Shown: in pieces, positions 38,187-48,115 of the stretch
Layout: each line of letters starts with the position of its first letter
How positions within the stretch are numbered: the first letter of the stretch is position 1
Translations under genes and position numbers: made by a program
Notes under the pieces: generated by a model
What the model was told of the DNA's origin: nothing
Databases searched by the model: none
What the model saw: the letters and a program-made list of their open reading frames with translations, nothing else
Assembly: GCA_045632305.1 (NCBI GenBank)
Contig: JAZQWL010000010.1
Location: 67,399-131,398, forward strand
DNA length: 64,000 nucleotides
DNA from: Eubacteriales bacterium
GTDB lineage: Bacteria; Bacillota; Clostridia; Oscillospirales; CAG-272
Direction of reading: 5' to 3'

Positions 38187-38690
38187 ATGGCACAGAGATT
38201 TAATCCGGCAGAAGTTGAGCTTACAGAAAAGCTCGTTTCGCTGAACCGTGTTTCCAAGACAGTTAAGGGTGGTCGTATCGCTCGTTTCGCAGCACTTATG
38301 GTTGTAGGCGATGGCAACGGTCACGTAGGCGTAGGTCTTGGTAAGGCAGCTGAAGTACCCGAAGCAATCCGCAAGGGTATTGAAGACGCAAAGAAGAATA
38401 TGATCACAGTTTCCCTTAAGGGAACAACAATTCCCCACGAAGTTACAGGTGTATTCGGCGCAGGTAAGGTGCTTCTTAAGCCCGCTGCACTCGGTACAGG
38501 TATCATCGCAGGTGGTAAGGTAAGAGCTGTACTTGAGGCAGCCGGTATTTCCAATATCAGAGCTAAGTCCCTTCGTTCCAGCAACCCCACAAACGTTGTT
38601 AAGGCAACAATGGAAGGTCTCAAGGAACTCCGTACAGCAGAAGAAGTTGCTAAGATCCGCGATATTAGCGTTGAACAGGTTAAGGGTTAA
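38187..38690 (+). CDS. rpsE: 30S ribosomal protein S5
   Basis: 167 aa: [39 protein letters not shown]. Confidence 0.97.
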   Translation: MAQRFNPAEVELTEKLVSLNRVSKTVKGGRIARFAALMVVGDGNGHVGVGLGKAAEVPEAIRKGIEDAKKNMITVSLKGTTIPHEVTGVFGAGKVLLKPAALGTGIIAGGKVRAVLEAAGISNIRAKSLRSSNPTNVVKATMEGLKELRTAEEVAKIRDISVEQVKG

Positions 38691-38704
38691 GGAGGAGAAT
38701 GACG

Positions 38705-38884
38705 ATGAAAAAGGTAACACTTGTAAAGAGTCTTATTTGCTCCAAGCCCAACCAGAAGGCAACTGCACAGTCCCTCGGTCTCAAGAAGATCGGTGACAGC
38801 ATTGTACACGCAGATGACGCAGTTCTTGCAGGCAAGATTAAAGTCATCGCTCACCTCGTTACAGTTGAAACTGTAGAAGGCTAA
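38705..38884 (+). CDS. rpmD: 50S ribosomal protein L30
   Basis: [33 protein letters not shown] 38705 is 7 nt after the GGAGGAG RBS. Confidence 0.93.
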   Translation: MKKVTLVKSLICSKPNQKATAQSLGLKKIGDSIVHADDAVLAGKIKVIAHLVTVETVEG

Positions 38885-38900
38885 TAGGAGGTACAGAGTA

Positions 38901-39344
38901 ATGAAACTTAATGAACTCAGACCCGCTGAGGGTTCCGCAAAGTCCGCTTACAGAAAGGGCAGAGGCCCCGGTTCCGGTAACGGTAAGACTGCAGGTAAGG
39001 GACACAAGGGTCAGAACGCTCGCTCCGGCGGTGGTGTAAGACCCGGTTTTGAAGGCGGTCAGATTCCGCTTTACAGAAAGCATCCTAAGAGAGGCTTCAA
39101 TAATAAGTTTGCTACAAACTATGCTATCGTAAACGTTCAGACAATTAACGACAGATTCGAAAACGGCGCTGTTGTTGATATGGAAGCACTCCTCGCTTCT
39201 AAGATCATCCGCAAGCCCATGGATGGACTTAAGGTTCTTGGTAACGGTGAGCTCACAAAGAGCGTAACGGTTAAGGCAAACATCTTCTCCGCAACAGCAA
39301 AGGAAAAGATAACAGCAGCAGGTGGACAGGCAGAGGAGGTATAA
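38901..39344 (+). CDS. rplO: 50S ribosomal protein L15
   Basis: [31 protein letters not shown]. Confidence 0.97.
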   Translation: MKLNELRPAEGSAKSAYRKGRGPGSGNGKTAGKGHKGQNARSGGGVRPGFEGGQIPLYRKHPKRGFNNKFATNYAIVNVQTINDRFENGAVVDMEALLASKIIRKPMDGLKVLGNGELTKSVTVKANIFSATAKEKITAAGGQAEEV

Positions 39345-39348
39345 AAGG

Positions 39349-40815
39349 ATGTTTCAGACGTTAAAAAATGCGTGGAAGACCCCCGAGCTTAAGACTAAGC
39401 TTCTCTTCACATTAATTATCGTTATCCTTTACCGACTTGGCGCAAGCATAATGGTACCGTGGATCGATCCCGCGGCAACAACACAGATGGTTGACATGTA
39501 TTCGGGTACAGTTCTCGAATATTTGAGCCTCCTTTCCGGTGGCGCGTTGACACAGGCGACGTTGTTTGCTCTTTCGGTATCTCCCTATATCACTGCATCC
39601 ATCGTAATGCAGCTTCTTACAATCGCTATTCCGAAGCTTGAACAGCTCTCCAAGGAAGGCGAAGAAGGTAAGAAGAAGATTTCCGCAATCACAAGACTTG
39701 TAACAATTGCTTTGGCGCTAATCACATCCTTTGGTTACACATTGATGATCATGAGCCAGAGCATGACAACACTCGTAAAGCTTAAGACAGGCGTTGGCTA
39801 CACATGGGTTAACGGCAACACAACAAAGGCATTTAACATCGTTGAGATCTTCAAGAACGGTGTTGGCTTGCAGTTTGTAGCAATTATTGCTTGCTACTGC
39901 GCAGGTGCTGCTCTTGTTATGTGGCTTGCTGAAAAGATCAACGAAAAGGGTATTGGTAACGGTATTTCCATCATCCTCTTCGCTAACATCTTGTCCGGTA
40001 TTCCCACAACAGTTGCTAACCTTTGGGCACTCGCTTCCACACCTTTCAAGGCAGGTGTGAACGACGGCTTCCACGCTTCTATGATCGTTGCTCCTGCACT
40101 CGCACTTCTCATCGTAGCAATCGTTGTTGCTGCAGTTTACTTCATTGTTTGGTTCACAAACTCTGAGAGAAGAATTCCCGTTCAGTACGCAAAGAGAGTA
40201 GTTGGCAGAAAGATGTATGGCGGCCAGTCCTCCAGTCTTCCTTTGAAGCTTAACATGTCCGGCGTTATGCCTATCATCTTCGCGAACGCAATTGTAACGA
40301 TTCCCGCTACAATTTCCATGTTCACAACAAACGCGAAGGCAGAGTGGATCAAGAAGGCGAACAACCTTATTGCCGGTTTCAACCAGACAAATCCCCTCTA
40401 CATCATTTTGTTTGCAATCTTGCTTATTGCATTCGCATTCTTCTATATTATGATCTCCTTCAACCCTGTTGAGGTTGCAAATAATATCAGAAATAACGGT
40501 GGCGCTATCCCCGGTATCAGACCCGGTAAGCCCACAAAGGACTTCATCCAGAAGATCCTTAACAGAATAACATTTATAGGCGCAATCTTCCTTGCAGTAA
40601 TCGCTGTACTTCCTATGATCGTATATGCGATTCTCGCAATCGAGCCCATCTACAACTCCGTTGGTACATTCCTTAATGTTAACCTCGTAGGTGTTCTTGG
40701 TGGTATCGCGTTCTCCGGTTCTTCAATCCTCATCGTTGTAGGTGTTGCACTTGAAACAATCAGAGAGCTCGAGGCACAGCTCACAATGCGTAACTATAAG
40801 GGATTCCTTGATTAA
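39349..40815 (+). CDS. secY: Preprotein translocase subunit SecY
   Basis: MFQTLKNAWKTPELKTKLLFTL. 488 aa, longer than the ~430-440 aa I expect, so it probably has lineage-specific loop insertions. The track start 39322 overlaps rplO. Confidence 0.95.
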   Translation: MFQTLKNAWKTPELKTKLLFTLIIVILYRLGASIMVPWIDPAATTQMVDMYSGTVLEYLSLLSGGALTQATLFALSVSPYITASIVMQLLTIAIPKLEQLSKEGEEGKKKISAITRLVTIALALITSFGYTLMIMSQSMTTLVKLKTGVGYTWVNGNTTKAFNIVEIFKNGVGLQFVAIIACYCAGAALVMWLAEKINEKGIGNGISIILFANILSGIPTTVANLWALASTPFKAGVNDGFHASMIVAPALALLIVAIVVAAVYFIVWFTNSERRIPVQYAKRVVGRKMYGGQSSSLPLKLNMSGVMPIIFANAIVTIPATISMFTTNAKAEWIKKANNLIAGFNQTNPLYIILFAILLIAFAFFYIMISFNPVEVANNIRNNGGAIPGIRPGKPTKDFIQKILNRITFIGAIFLAVIAVLPMIVYAILAIEPIYNSVGTFLNVNLVGVLGGIAFSGSSILIVVGVALETIRELEAQLTMRNYKGFLD

Positions 40816-40857
40816 TTAAGACACAACGATAATATAAAATCCATTGGAGGTTAAACC

Positions 40858-41496
40858 ATGAATTTGATATTAATGGGTGCTCCCGGCGCGGGTAAAGGCA
40901 CACAGTCAGCTAAAATTTCTGAAAAGTACAACATTCCCGCTATAGCAACAGGAGATATTCTCCGCGGCGCTATCAAGGCCGGAACAGAGCTTGGTTTGTC
41001 TGCAAAGAGTTATATCGATGCAGGTAAGCTCGTTCCCGATGCAGTTGTGATCGGTATTATTAAGGAATATCTTTCGACAGAAGCTTGTAAGAATGGCTTC
41101 ATACTTGACGGTTTCCCCCGTTCCATTCCTCAGGCAGAGGCGCTTGACACTCTCGGTGTTAAGATCGACGTAGTCCTCAGCATTGAGGTTGATGATGAAA
41201 AGATCATTCAGAGAATGAGCGGAAGAAGAGTTTGCTCCTGCGGCGCTTCTTACCACGTTGACTACAACGCTCCCAAGGTTGAGGGCGTATGTGACAAGTG
41301 CGGTAACGAGCTTTACATCAGAAATGATGACGCTGCTGAAACCGTTGCAAACAGACTCAAAACTTACCACGCACAGACCGAGCCGCTTAAGGATTTCTAT
41401 GCGGCAAAGGGACTTCTTGTTGAGGTTGACGGACACCGCAGCGTTGAAGAAACAACAGCTCTTGTGTTCTCCGTTCTTGACAAGGTAGAGGCGTAA
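40858..41496 (+). CDS. adk: Adenylate kinase (zinc-lid type)
   Basis: GAPGAGKGTQ P-loop and a CSCG...CDKCG lid. Confidence 0.96.
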   Translation: MNLILMGAPGAGKGTQSAKISEKYNIPAIATGDILRGAIKAGTELGLSAKSYIDAGKLVPDAVVIGIIKEYLSTEACKNGFILDGFPRSIPQAEALDTLGVKIDVVLSIEVDDEKIIQRMSGRRVCSCGASYHVDYNAPKVEGVCDKCGNELYIRNDDAAETVANRLKTYHAQTEPLKDFYAAKGLLVEVDGHRSVEETTALVFSVLDKVEA

Positions 41497-41516
41497 AATA
41501 AACTCGAGGTAGACGA

Positions 41517-42278
41517 ATGATTCAGTTGAAGAATCAGGCACAGCTTGAAACAATGCAGGTTGCCTGCAGAATTACGGGAGAAGCACTGCTTCTCGCCCGT
41601 GATAGCATTCGTGAGGGCATGAGCACCTATGAGCTTGACAAGATCATAAGAAATTATATCGAGTCGCAGGGCGCTCGCCCCTCCTTCCTCGGATACGGCG
41701 GATTCCCCGGTAGCGCTTGTATAAGCATAAACGACGAAGTAATTCACGGAATTCCTTCCAAGAAGGTCATCATCAAAAACGGTGATATCGTGAAGGTTGA
41801 CGTTGGAGCTTTCTACAAGGGTTATCACGGAGACGCCGCAAGAACTATTCCTGTAGGAACTGTAAGCGACGAAGCGAAGAAGCTCATTGAGGTAACTCGT
41901 GAAAGCTTTTTCCGTGGCATAGAACAGCTCAAGGTCGGTAACAGACTTGGAGACGTTGGTCACGCGATCGATTCCTACGTTGTTGAGAATGGCTTTTCCA
42001 CAGTGAAGAGATACATCGGACACGGAATCGGAACCGAGCTTCATCAGTCTCCCGACGTTCCGAATTACGGAACAGCGGGCAGAGGAACAAGATTGCTCGC
42101 GGGAATGACTCTGGCAATTGAACCAATGGTCAATGTCGGAGGAGAAAATGTCAGAGATCTCTCTGACGGTTGGACAGTGAAAACTGCCGACGGAACATTG
42201 TCTGCTCATTATGAAAACACGGTTGCATTGACTAATGACGGCGTGATCGTTATGACGCAGATCGACAAAGATTTTTGA
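41517..42278 (+). CDS. map: Methionine aminopeptidase type I
   Basis: 253 aa with metal ligands in the D..D..H..E..E context (VDVGAFYKGYHGDAART, IGHGIG, LAIEPM). Confidence 0.95.
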   Translation: MIQLKNQAQLETMQVACRITGEALLLARDSIREGMSTYELDKIIRNYIESQGARPSFLGYGGFPGSACISINDEVIHGIPSKKVIIKNGDIVKVDVGAFYKGYHGDAARTIPVGTVSDEAKKLIEVTRESFFRGIEQLKVGNRLGDVGHAIDSYVVENGFSTVKRYIGHGIGTELHQSPDVPNYGTAGRGTRLLAGMTLAIEPMVNVGGENVRDLSDGWTVKTADGTLSAHYENTVALTNDGVIVMTQIDKDF

Positions 42279-42318
42279 GTTTTGAATTTGGTATGAACCA
42301 TATTTAGGAGGATTTATT

Positions 42319-42537
42319 TTGCCGAAGGATGATGTAATTGAATTTGAAGGCGAAGTAGTTGAGGCACTTCCCAACGCGACCTTCAAGGTAAAGCTTCCCA
42401 ACGGTCACATCGTGACTGCTCATATTTCGGGAAAGCTGAGAATTAACTATATCAGAGTTTTGCCCGGTGACCACGTAACTGTTGAGGTTTCGGTTTACGA
42501 CCTCACAAAGGGTCGCATTACATGGCGCTCTAAATAA
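42319..42537 (+). CDS. infA: Translation initiation factor IF-1
   Basis: 72 aa, TTG start: [28 protein letters not shown]. Confidence 0.96.
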   Translation: MPKDDVIEFEGEVVEALPNATFKVKLPNGHIVTAHISGKLRINYIRVLPGDHVTVEVSVYDLTKGRITWRSK

Positions 42538-42602
42538 TAAAATTAAAACCGTGATGTGGCTTTGCCACGAAAAAATACTCTAAAGAAAGGTGGTTTACAG
42601 GA

Positions 42603-42716
42603 ATGAAAGTTAAACCGTCCGTAAAGAAAATCTGCGAAAAGTGCAAGATTATTAAGAGAAAAGGTAAAGTCATGGTTATCTGCGAGAACCCCAAGCACAA
42701 GCAGAAGCAGGGTTAA
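42603..42716 (+). CDS. rpmJ: 50S ribosomal protein L36
   Basis: Not in the ORF track because it is under 60 aa. I translated it as [37 protein letters not shown], preceded by an AAAGGTGG RBS. Confidence 0.93.
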   Translation: MKVKPSVKKICEKCKIIKRKGKVMVICENPKHKQKQG

Positions 42717-42768
42717 TCGCAAGCTTGACTTTAACAATCAACTCATTTTAACAGAGAGGTAAAAACAG

Positions 42769-43137
42769 ATGGCACGTATAGCTGGTGTTGATATTCCCAA
42801 TAACAAGCGCGTTGAAATCGCCCTTACTTACATTTATGGTATTGGACGCAAGAGCGCAAATGATATCATAGCTCAGACAGGCATCAACCCTGATACAAGA
42901 GCTAAGGACCTTACAGAGGAAGAAATTGCAAAGCTTCGTGATGTTATCGAAAACTCTTACAAAGTTGAAGGTGATCTTCGTAGAGAAGTTTCCCTCAATA
43001 TCAAGAGAATGGTAGAAATCAACTGCTACCGCGGTATCAGACACAGAAAGGGTCTTCCCGTAAGAGGTCAGAGAACAAAGACAAATGCGAGAACAAGAAA
43101 AGGTCCCGCTAAGACAATTGCTAACAAGAAGAAATAA
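42769..43137 (+). CDS. rpsM: 30S ribosomal protein S13
   Basis: [26 protein letters not shown]. Confidence 0.97.
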   Translation: MARIAGVDIPNNKRVEIALTYIYGIGRKSANDIIAQTGINPDTRAKDLTEEEIAKLRDVIENSYKVEGDLRREVSLNIKRMVEINCYRGIRHRKGLPVRGQRTKTNARTRKGPAKTIANKKK

Positions 43138-43152
43138 AGGAGTGGCATAGAC

Positions 43153-43551
43153 ATGGCAAAAGCAAATGCAAAGAAAGTTGTCAAGAGACGCCGCGAAAGA
43201 AAGAATATTGAAAAGGGCGCAGTACACATTCAGTCCACTTTCAATAACACTATCGTTACAATTACAGACGTTAACGGCAACGCAATTTCCTGGGCTTCCG
43301 CTGGTGAGCTTGGTTTCAAGGGTTCTAGAAAGTCTACTCCCTTCGCAGCTCAGTCAGCTTCCGAAACAGCAGCAAAGGCTGCAGTTGAGCACGGTCTCAA
43401 GTCTGTTGAAGTATATGTAAAGGGTCCCGGTTCGGGCCGTGAATCCGCAATTCGCGCACTCGAAACATGTGGTCTTCAGATTACACTTATCAAAGACGTT
43501 ACTCCCATCCCCCACAACGGATGCAGACCGCCTAAGCGCAGACGCGTATAA
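43153..43551 (+). CDS. rpsK: 30S ribosomal protein S11
   Basis: [30 protein letters not shown]. Confidence 0.97.
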   Translation: MAKANAKKVVKRRRERKNIEKGAVHIQSTFNNTIVTITDVNGNAISWASAGELGFKGSRKSTPFAAQSASETAAKAAVEHGLKSVEVYVKGPGSGRESAIRALETCGLQITLIKDVTPIPHNGCRPPKRRRV

Positions 43552-43571
43552 TTTAAAGGAGGTAGTTTAAA

Positions 43572-44198
43572 ATGGCTAGATACACAGGTCCCGCATGTAA
43601 GCTCTGCCGTAGAGAAGGTAAGAAGCTCTACCTCAAGGGCGAAAGATGCACAAGCGGCAAGTGCGCACTTGACCGCAGAAATACAGCTCCCGGCCAGCAC
43701 GGCGCAGCTAAGAAGAAGATGGGCGAATACGGCCTTCAGCTTCGTGAAAAGCAGACAACAAAGAGATACTACGGTGTTCTTGAAAAGCAGTTCAAGAATT
43801 ACTATGAAGAGGCAGCTCGCAAGGAAGGTATGACAGGTGAAAACCTCCTCGTTCTCCTTGAAAGACGTCTTGACAACACAATCTTCAGAATGGGTCTTGC
43901 TGAGTCTCACAAGGAAGCTCGTCAGCTCGTTCTTCATGCAAACTTCACACTTAACGGCAAGAAGGTTAACATTCCTTCCATCCTCGTTAAGCCCGGCGAT
44001 GTAATCGCAACAAAGGAATCAGCTCGCGACAACGGCAGAATCAAGGAACTCGTTGAGGCTCTTGAATCCAAGGTTGCTCCTAAGTGGCTCGAGGTTAACA
44101 AGACAGACCTTACAGCTAAGGTTGTTGCAATGCCTGCAAGAGAAGATATTGACTTCGACTTCAACGAACAGCTTATCGTTGAACTTTACTCCAAGTAA
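43572..44198 (+). CDS. rpsD: 30S ribosomal protein S4
   Basis: [26 protein letters not shown]. Confidence 0.97.
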   Translation: MARYTGPACKLCRREGKKLYLKGERCTSGKCALDRRNTAPGQHGAAKKKMGEYGLQLREKQTTKRYYGVLEKQFKNYYEEAARKEGMTGENLLVLLERRLDNTIFRMGLAESHKEARQLVLHANFTLNGKKVNIPSILVKPGDVIATKESARDNGRIKELVEALESKVAPKWLEVNKTDLTAKVVAMPAREDIDFDFNEQLIVELYSK

Positions 44199-44299
44199 TA
44201 CCACTTTGGGTAACCGTGGTTTTACGTTATTTTTGCGAATCCGTTACCCGATTTTAGGCAAATTGCTTATCTAAAAATTTTAAGGAGGTTTTATTTGGA

Positions 44300-45274
44300 A
44301 TGATTGAAATAGAGAAGCCCAATATATCTACTGTAAATTTGAGCGAGGATGGCACACGCGGTACATTTATCGTTGAGCCCCTTGAAAGAGGATTTGGACA
44401 GACTCTTGGTAACTCTCTCCGCAGAGTTCTTATGAGCTCTCTTCCCGGTTACGCAGTAACAAATATTAAGATTGACGGTGTTCTTCACGAATTCTCCACA
44501 GTTCCCGGTGTTACCGAGGACGTAACAGAGATCATTCTTAACGTGAAGGGTATTATCGCTAAGCTTCATTGCACAGGTCCCAAGATCGTTGTTATCGACG
44601 TTGTTGGTGAGCACAATGTAACAGCCGGTGATATCAAGGCAGATACAGACATTGAGATCCTCAATCCTGATCACCACATCGCAACAGTTGCTGAAAATGA
44701 AAGATTCTATATGGAACTTACATTCAACTGTGACAGAGGTTACGTATCCTCTGAGCGCAACAAGCAGCTTCATACAGATATGCTCGGTATGAACTCCGCG
44801 CTCCCCATCAACACAATCTTCACAGACTCAATTTACACCCCCGTTTACAACGTAAACTTTGAGGTTGAAAATACTCGTTCCGGTAGCAACACTGATCTTG
44901 ACAAGCTCACGATCAACGTTCTTACAAACGGTACAATCTCAGCTAAGGAAGCGATTTCGCTCGGAGCCAAGATTCTCAATGAGCATCTCAACTTGTTTGT
45001 CGGATTGTCAGACGAGCCCGATGTCGGCGGTATCATGGTTGAGAGAGAAGAAACTATTAAAGAAAAGGTTCTTGAGATGACCATTGAGGAACTTGACATG
45101 TCTGTAAGAAGCTTCAATTGCTTGAAGCGTGCAGGCATTGATACAGTGGAAGATTTGACAAACCGCACCGAAGAGGATATGATCAAGGTTCGTAACCTCG
45201 GTAAGAAGTCGCTTGACGAAGTTATCCAGAAGCTCCATTCCCTCGGCTTAGATCTTAAGCGCGAAGAGGAGTAA
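44300..45274 (+). CDS. rpoA: DNA-directed RNA polymerase alpha subunit
   Basis: 324 aa: [20 protein letters not shown], with a C-terminal HhH ([16 protein letters not shown]). Confidence 0.97.
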   Translation: MIEIEKPNISTVNLSEDGTRGTFIVEPLERGFGQTLGNSLRRVLMSSLPGYAVTNIKIDGVLHEFSTVPGVTEDVTEIILNVKGIIAKLHCTGPKIVVIDVVGEHNVTAGDIKADTDIEILNPDHHIATVAENERFYMELTFNCDRGYVSSERNKQLHTDMLGMNSALPINTIFTDSIYTPVYNVNFEVENTRSGSNTDLDKLTINVLTNGTISAKEAISLGAKILNEHLNLFVGLSDEPDVGGIMVEREETIKEKVLEMTIEELDMSVRSFNCLKRAGIDTVEDLTNRTEEDMIKVRNLGKKSLDEVIQKLHSLGLDLKREEE

Positions 45275-45313
45275 GAAATTTAGATTTATTAAGCAGAAGG
45301 AGGGAATACAGCA

Positions 45314-45661
45314 ATGCCCGGAACCAGAAAACTTGGCAGACCTACCGCACACAGAAAAGCTATGCTTCGCGGAATGGTTACCCTGCTGCTTGAGAACGGA
45401 CAGGTAGAAACAACTCTTACAAGAGCAAAGGAAGTTCGTTCCATCGCAGAAAAGATGATTACACTCGGCAAGAAGAATACTCTTGCAAGCCGTAGAGCAG
45501 CTCTCGCATACATCACAAAGGAAGACGTAGTTACAAAGCTCTTCAACGAAATCGCTCCCAAGTATGCAGAACGCAACGGTGGTTATACACAGATTCTTAA
45601 GGTTGGTGCACGTCGTGGCGACGCAGCTGAAATGGCTATCGTTCGTCTTATCGAGGACTAA
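45314..45661 (+). CDS. rplQ: 50S ribosomal protein L17
   Basis: 115 aa: [17 protein letters not shown]. Confidence 0.96.
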   Translation: MPGTRKLGRPTAHRKAMLRGMVTLLLENGQVETTLTRAKEVRSIAEKMITLGKKNTLASRRAALAYITKEDVVTKLFNEIAPKYAERNGGYTQILKVGARRGDAAEMAIVRLIED

Positions 45662-46082
45662 TCAGTAGACTGATAATTTTGGCGTAGAACAAGCGCCACA
45701 CGAATGAACTTATTTGAGTTTATTTGACTCAAAGTGAATACATTCAAGGTTGAAACCCGCAGACTAAGTCTGCGGGTTTCTTCGATTTTATGTGGCGCTT
45801 TAGGCGCGTGAGCTGCCTCTGCCGTACGCCTGTACGGCGACGAGCTTGCTCCCACGCCTTCTACATCCAAACTTATCAGTCTTGTTCTCGTAATTTTGGC
45901 ACAGACCATGTGCCACACCACATATTAATTAAAGTTTATTAAACTCAAAGTTAATATATTTAAAGTTGAAACCCACAGACCAAGTCTGTGGGTTTCTTCG
46001 TTTTCGTGTGGCACATTTTGTATCACATCCTTATCAGTCTTGTTCTCGTAATCTTGGCACAGACCATGTGTCAATATAAAAC
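45662..46082. repeat. Tandemly repeated non-coding modules (terminator hairpin plus ~45-bp conserved block)
   Basis: The hairpin module at 45752-45780 is repeated at 45968-45996. The block CTTATCAGTCTTGTTCTCGTAAT(T/C)TTGGCACAGACCATGTG occurs at 45872-45917 and 46029-46074, with a weaker third copy at 45661-45710. Confidence 0.8.
45749..45790 (+). terminator. Rho-independent terminator of the alpha operon (copy 1 of a duplicated module)
   Basis: GAAACCCGCAGAC-taa-GTCTGCGGGTTTC followed by TTCGATTTTA. Confidence 0.75.
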
Positions 46083-46461
46083 AGCCCGCCGAAAATGGGT
46101 CAGGTTCTTAGCGGAGAATTTGAGAACTCTACTAAGTGCGAGCATCGCATTTGTCCGGACAAATGCAAAGTGGGCTATGCCTAAACCCTTATAGAAACAG
46201 AAAGAGAGAACAAATCGGCTTCAATGCCGAAATGCTCGCTCCTTTTCTGTTGGTTTTCAGTTTAGAGTTATGAGGCTCGCATTGCTCGCCGTTATGAGCT
46301 TGCACAGCAAGCGTTATGATATGATTGCCTTTGCAATCTATAACTTGGCGAAGCCAATCATAACAATGCGTAAGCATTTCATAACTCATAACTTGCCCAA
46401 AAGGGCAATCATAGTTTAGCGTGAATACTCCGTTAAGAGTATCACGCTAAATCGGCGGGCT
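46083..46461 (-). repeat. ~380-bp element of GTTATGA/TCATAAC heptamers and mini-hairpins, bracketed by a 10-bp inverted repeat, immediately downstream of mgtE
   Basis: AGCCCGCCGA (46083-46092) pairs with TCGGCGGGCT (46452-46461). GTTATGA occurs 3 times (46267, 46291, 46313). (T/C)ATAAC occurs 4 times (46339, 46358, 46379, 46386). At least six short hairpins lie between them. Confidence 0.75.
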
Positions 46462-46467
46462 TTTCTT

Positions 46468-47979
46468 TTATAGATGCAACGCGCTGGATGCGATTGCAAA
46501 GTAGATAATCAAAGTGATCGAGTCAACGATGGTTGTAATGAAGGGCGATGCCATAACTGCGGGGTCAACCTTGAGCTTTTGCGCTACGATGGGGAGAAGC
46601 GTACCTATAAGCTTAGCAACGATTACTGCAAGACACGCGGTCACGCTTACAACAAAGGAAATAAGAAGATTTTCCTGAGTGAAAGCAAAGCCAAAGTCAA
46701 TCGCAATTGTTTTGATAAAGCATACTACTGCCAGACAAACGCCGCAGAGAATGGATACTCTGAATTCCTTGAAAAGAACGCGAATAATATTTTTCGGTTC
46801 AATTTCATCGAGTGAAAGCGCACGGATAATTGCAACCGAGGACTGGCTACCCGCATTACCGCCCGTACTCATGAGCATGGGAATGAAGGATGTCAGAATC
46901 ACGTAAGTTCCAAGCGCTGTCTCATAATGGGAAATGATCATACTTGTGAAAATTCCCGAGATCATGAGTATTACAAGCCACGGAATACGCTTTATCCACG
47001 TTTCAATTACACCCGTTTTTGTATACGGCTTATCGGTAGGAGTAATAGCTGCCATCATTTCGATGTCGGCGGTTGCTTCTTCTTCGATAACGTCGAGCGC
47101 GTCGTCGACGGTTACGATACCGACGAGTCGGTTTTCTTTATCAACGATGGGGAGGGCTAACAAGTCGTATTTCGAAATTGTCTGCGCTACGCTTTCTCTG
47201 TCGTCAAGCGTATGAGCGAAGATAACCTGTTCTTCCATTATATCGCGGATCTTGGTATCGGGCTTTGCAAAAAGAAGCTGCTTGAAGGAAACCGTACCAA
47301 TAAGCTCGCGGGAGCGGTCGGTAACGTATGCGGTATATACGGTTTCTTTTTCGATACCTGTTCTGCGAATATAGGCAATGGCCTCTTCGACTGTCATGCT
47401 GGCGCGGAGCTTAACAAACTCGGCGGTCATTACGCTCCCTGCGGAGTCATCGGGGTAGGCGAGAAGTCGGTTGATCTGAGTTCTTGTTTCTTTCGATGCG
47501 TTTTTCATGATTCTGTGAACCATGTTAGCAGGGAGCTCTTCGAGCATATCTACGGCGTCGTCAAGGAAGAGGTCTTCGATAATAAGTGAAATTTCCTTAT
47601 CTGTCAATACCTCTATGATTCTTTCCTGCATTTCGGAATCAAGCTCGGCAAATACGTCTGCGGAGATGTCTTTGCGGAGGAGCTTAAACACTGCGGGAAC
47701 CTTTTTAATATCAAGCTCGGAGAAGAAGTCGGCGATGTCGACAGGATTCATCTCGAGCGTTGCTCGTCTGAACTGGGAGTATTTACGGTTTTCAAGCATA
47801 GTCCCGAGATCTTCGAACATTTCATCGACGATGTCCTCGTAGGTTTCTGTGGGCTCTTCCTCCATTGCTTTCATTTCAGCTTCGATCTTCGCCTTATTGG
47901 CTTCGAGCTGATCCTCAAGCATTGTTTTGAGCTCTTCGTCATTGTTTATGAGGTTTTCATTTTCTTTGTATTCTGCCAT
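46468..47979 (-). CDS. mgtE: Magnesium transporter MgtE (with acidic N-terminal extension)
   Basis: 503 aa with an MgtE N-domain, tandem CBS domains, and a C-terminal TM domain with PMLMSTGGNAGSQS and DPAVMASPFITT. Confidence 0.93.
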   Translation of the reverse strand: MAEYKENENLINNDEELKTMLEDQLEANKAKIEAEMKAMEEEPTETYEDIVDEMFEDLGTMLENRKYSQFRRATLEMNPVDIADFFSELDIKKVPAVFKLLRKDISADVFAELDSEMQERIIEVLTDKEISLIIEDLFLDDAVDMLEELPANMVHRIMKNASKETRTQINRLLAYPDDSAGSVMTAEFVKLRASMTVEEAIAYIRRTGIEKETVYTAYVTDRSRELIGTVSFKQLLFAKPDTKIRDIMEEQVIFAHTLDDRESVAQTISKYDLLALPIVDKENRLVGIVTVDDALDVIEEEATADIEMMAAITPTDKPYTKTGVIETWIKRIPWLVILMISGIFTSMIISHYETALGTYVILTSFIPMLMSTGGNAGSQSSVAIIRALSLDEIEPKNIIRVLFKEFRVSILCGVCLAVVCFIKTIAIDFGFAFTQENLLISFVVSVTACLAVIVAKLIGTLLPIVAQKLKVDPAVMASPFITTIVDSITLIIYFAIASSALHL

Positions 47980-48015
47980 ACAAACACCTCCTGTTCATTG
48001 ACTTTTTACTCTTCA

Positions 48016-48044
48016 AGTATAACAGAAAAATCTCTGATTGTCAA
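48016..48044 (-). promoter_or_regulatory. Likely mgtE promoter
   Basis: On the minus strand: TTGACA-17 nt-TATACT, leaving a short leader (under ~40 nt). Confidence 0.5.
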
Positions 48045-48115
48045 TAAATTACAATGAAAAAATGCTCGTTGGTGTAAAAAACGTTCTGTATTAAAGGATT
48101 TTGCGGATATTGTTG

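Noticed and set aside
41397-42401. 334-aa minus-strand ORF, plus the similar long antisense ORFs at 397-1116, 31748-32500, 40906-41553 and 53866-54807
   Set aside because: All are antisense to confidently identified genes (map/adk, the transporter, rplB, adk, CDF). They lack RBSs and recognisable domains.
46100-46130. SRP/4.5S-like motif (GGGTCAGGTTC...)
   Set aside because: The resemblance to the conserved SRP RNA domain IV sequence is only superficial. The flanking conserved helices are absent.
45658-46389. Short ORFs in the post-rplQ region (87 aa minus, 68 aa plus, 66 aa minus)
   Set aside because: They run across repeated hairpin and terminator modules, lack RBSs, and their frames are not preserved between repeat copies.
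47980-48044. M-box (Mg) riboswitch upstream of mgtE
   Set aside because: The likely promoter leaves a leader of under ~40 nt, with no room for the ~160-nt M-box fold.
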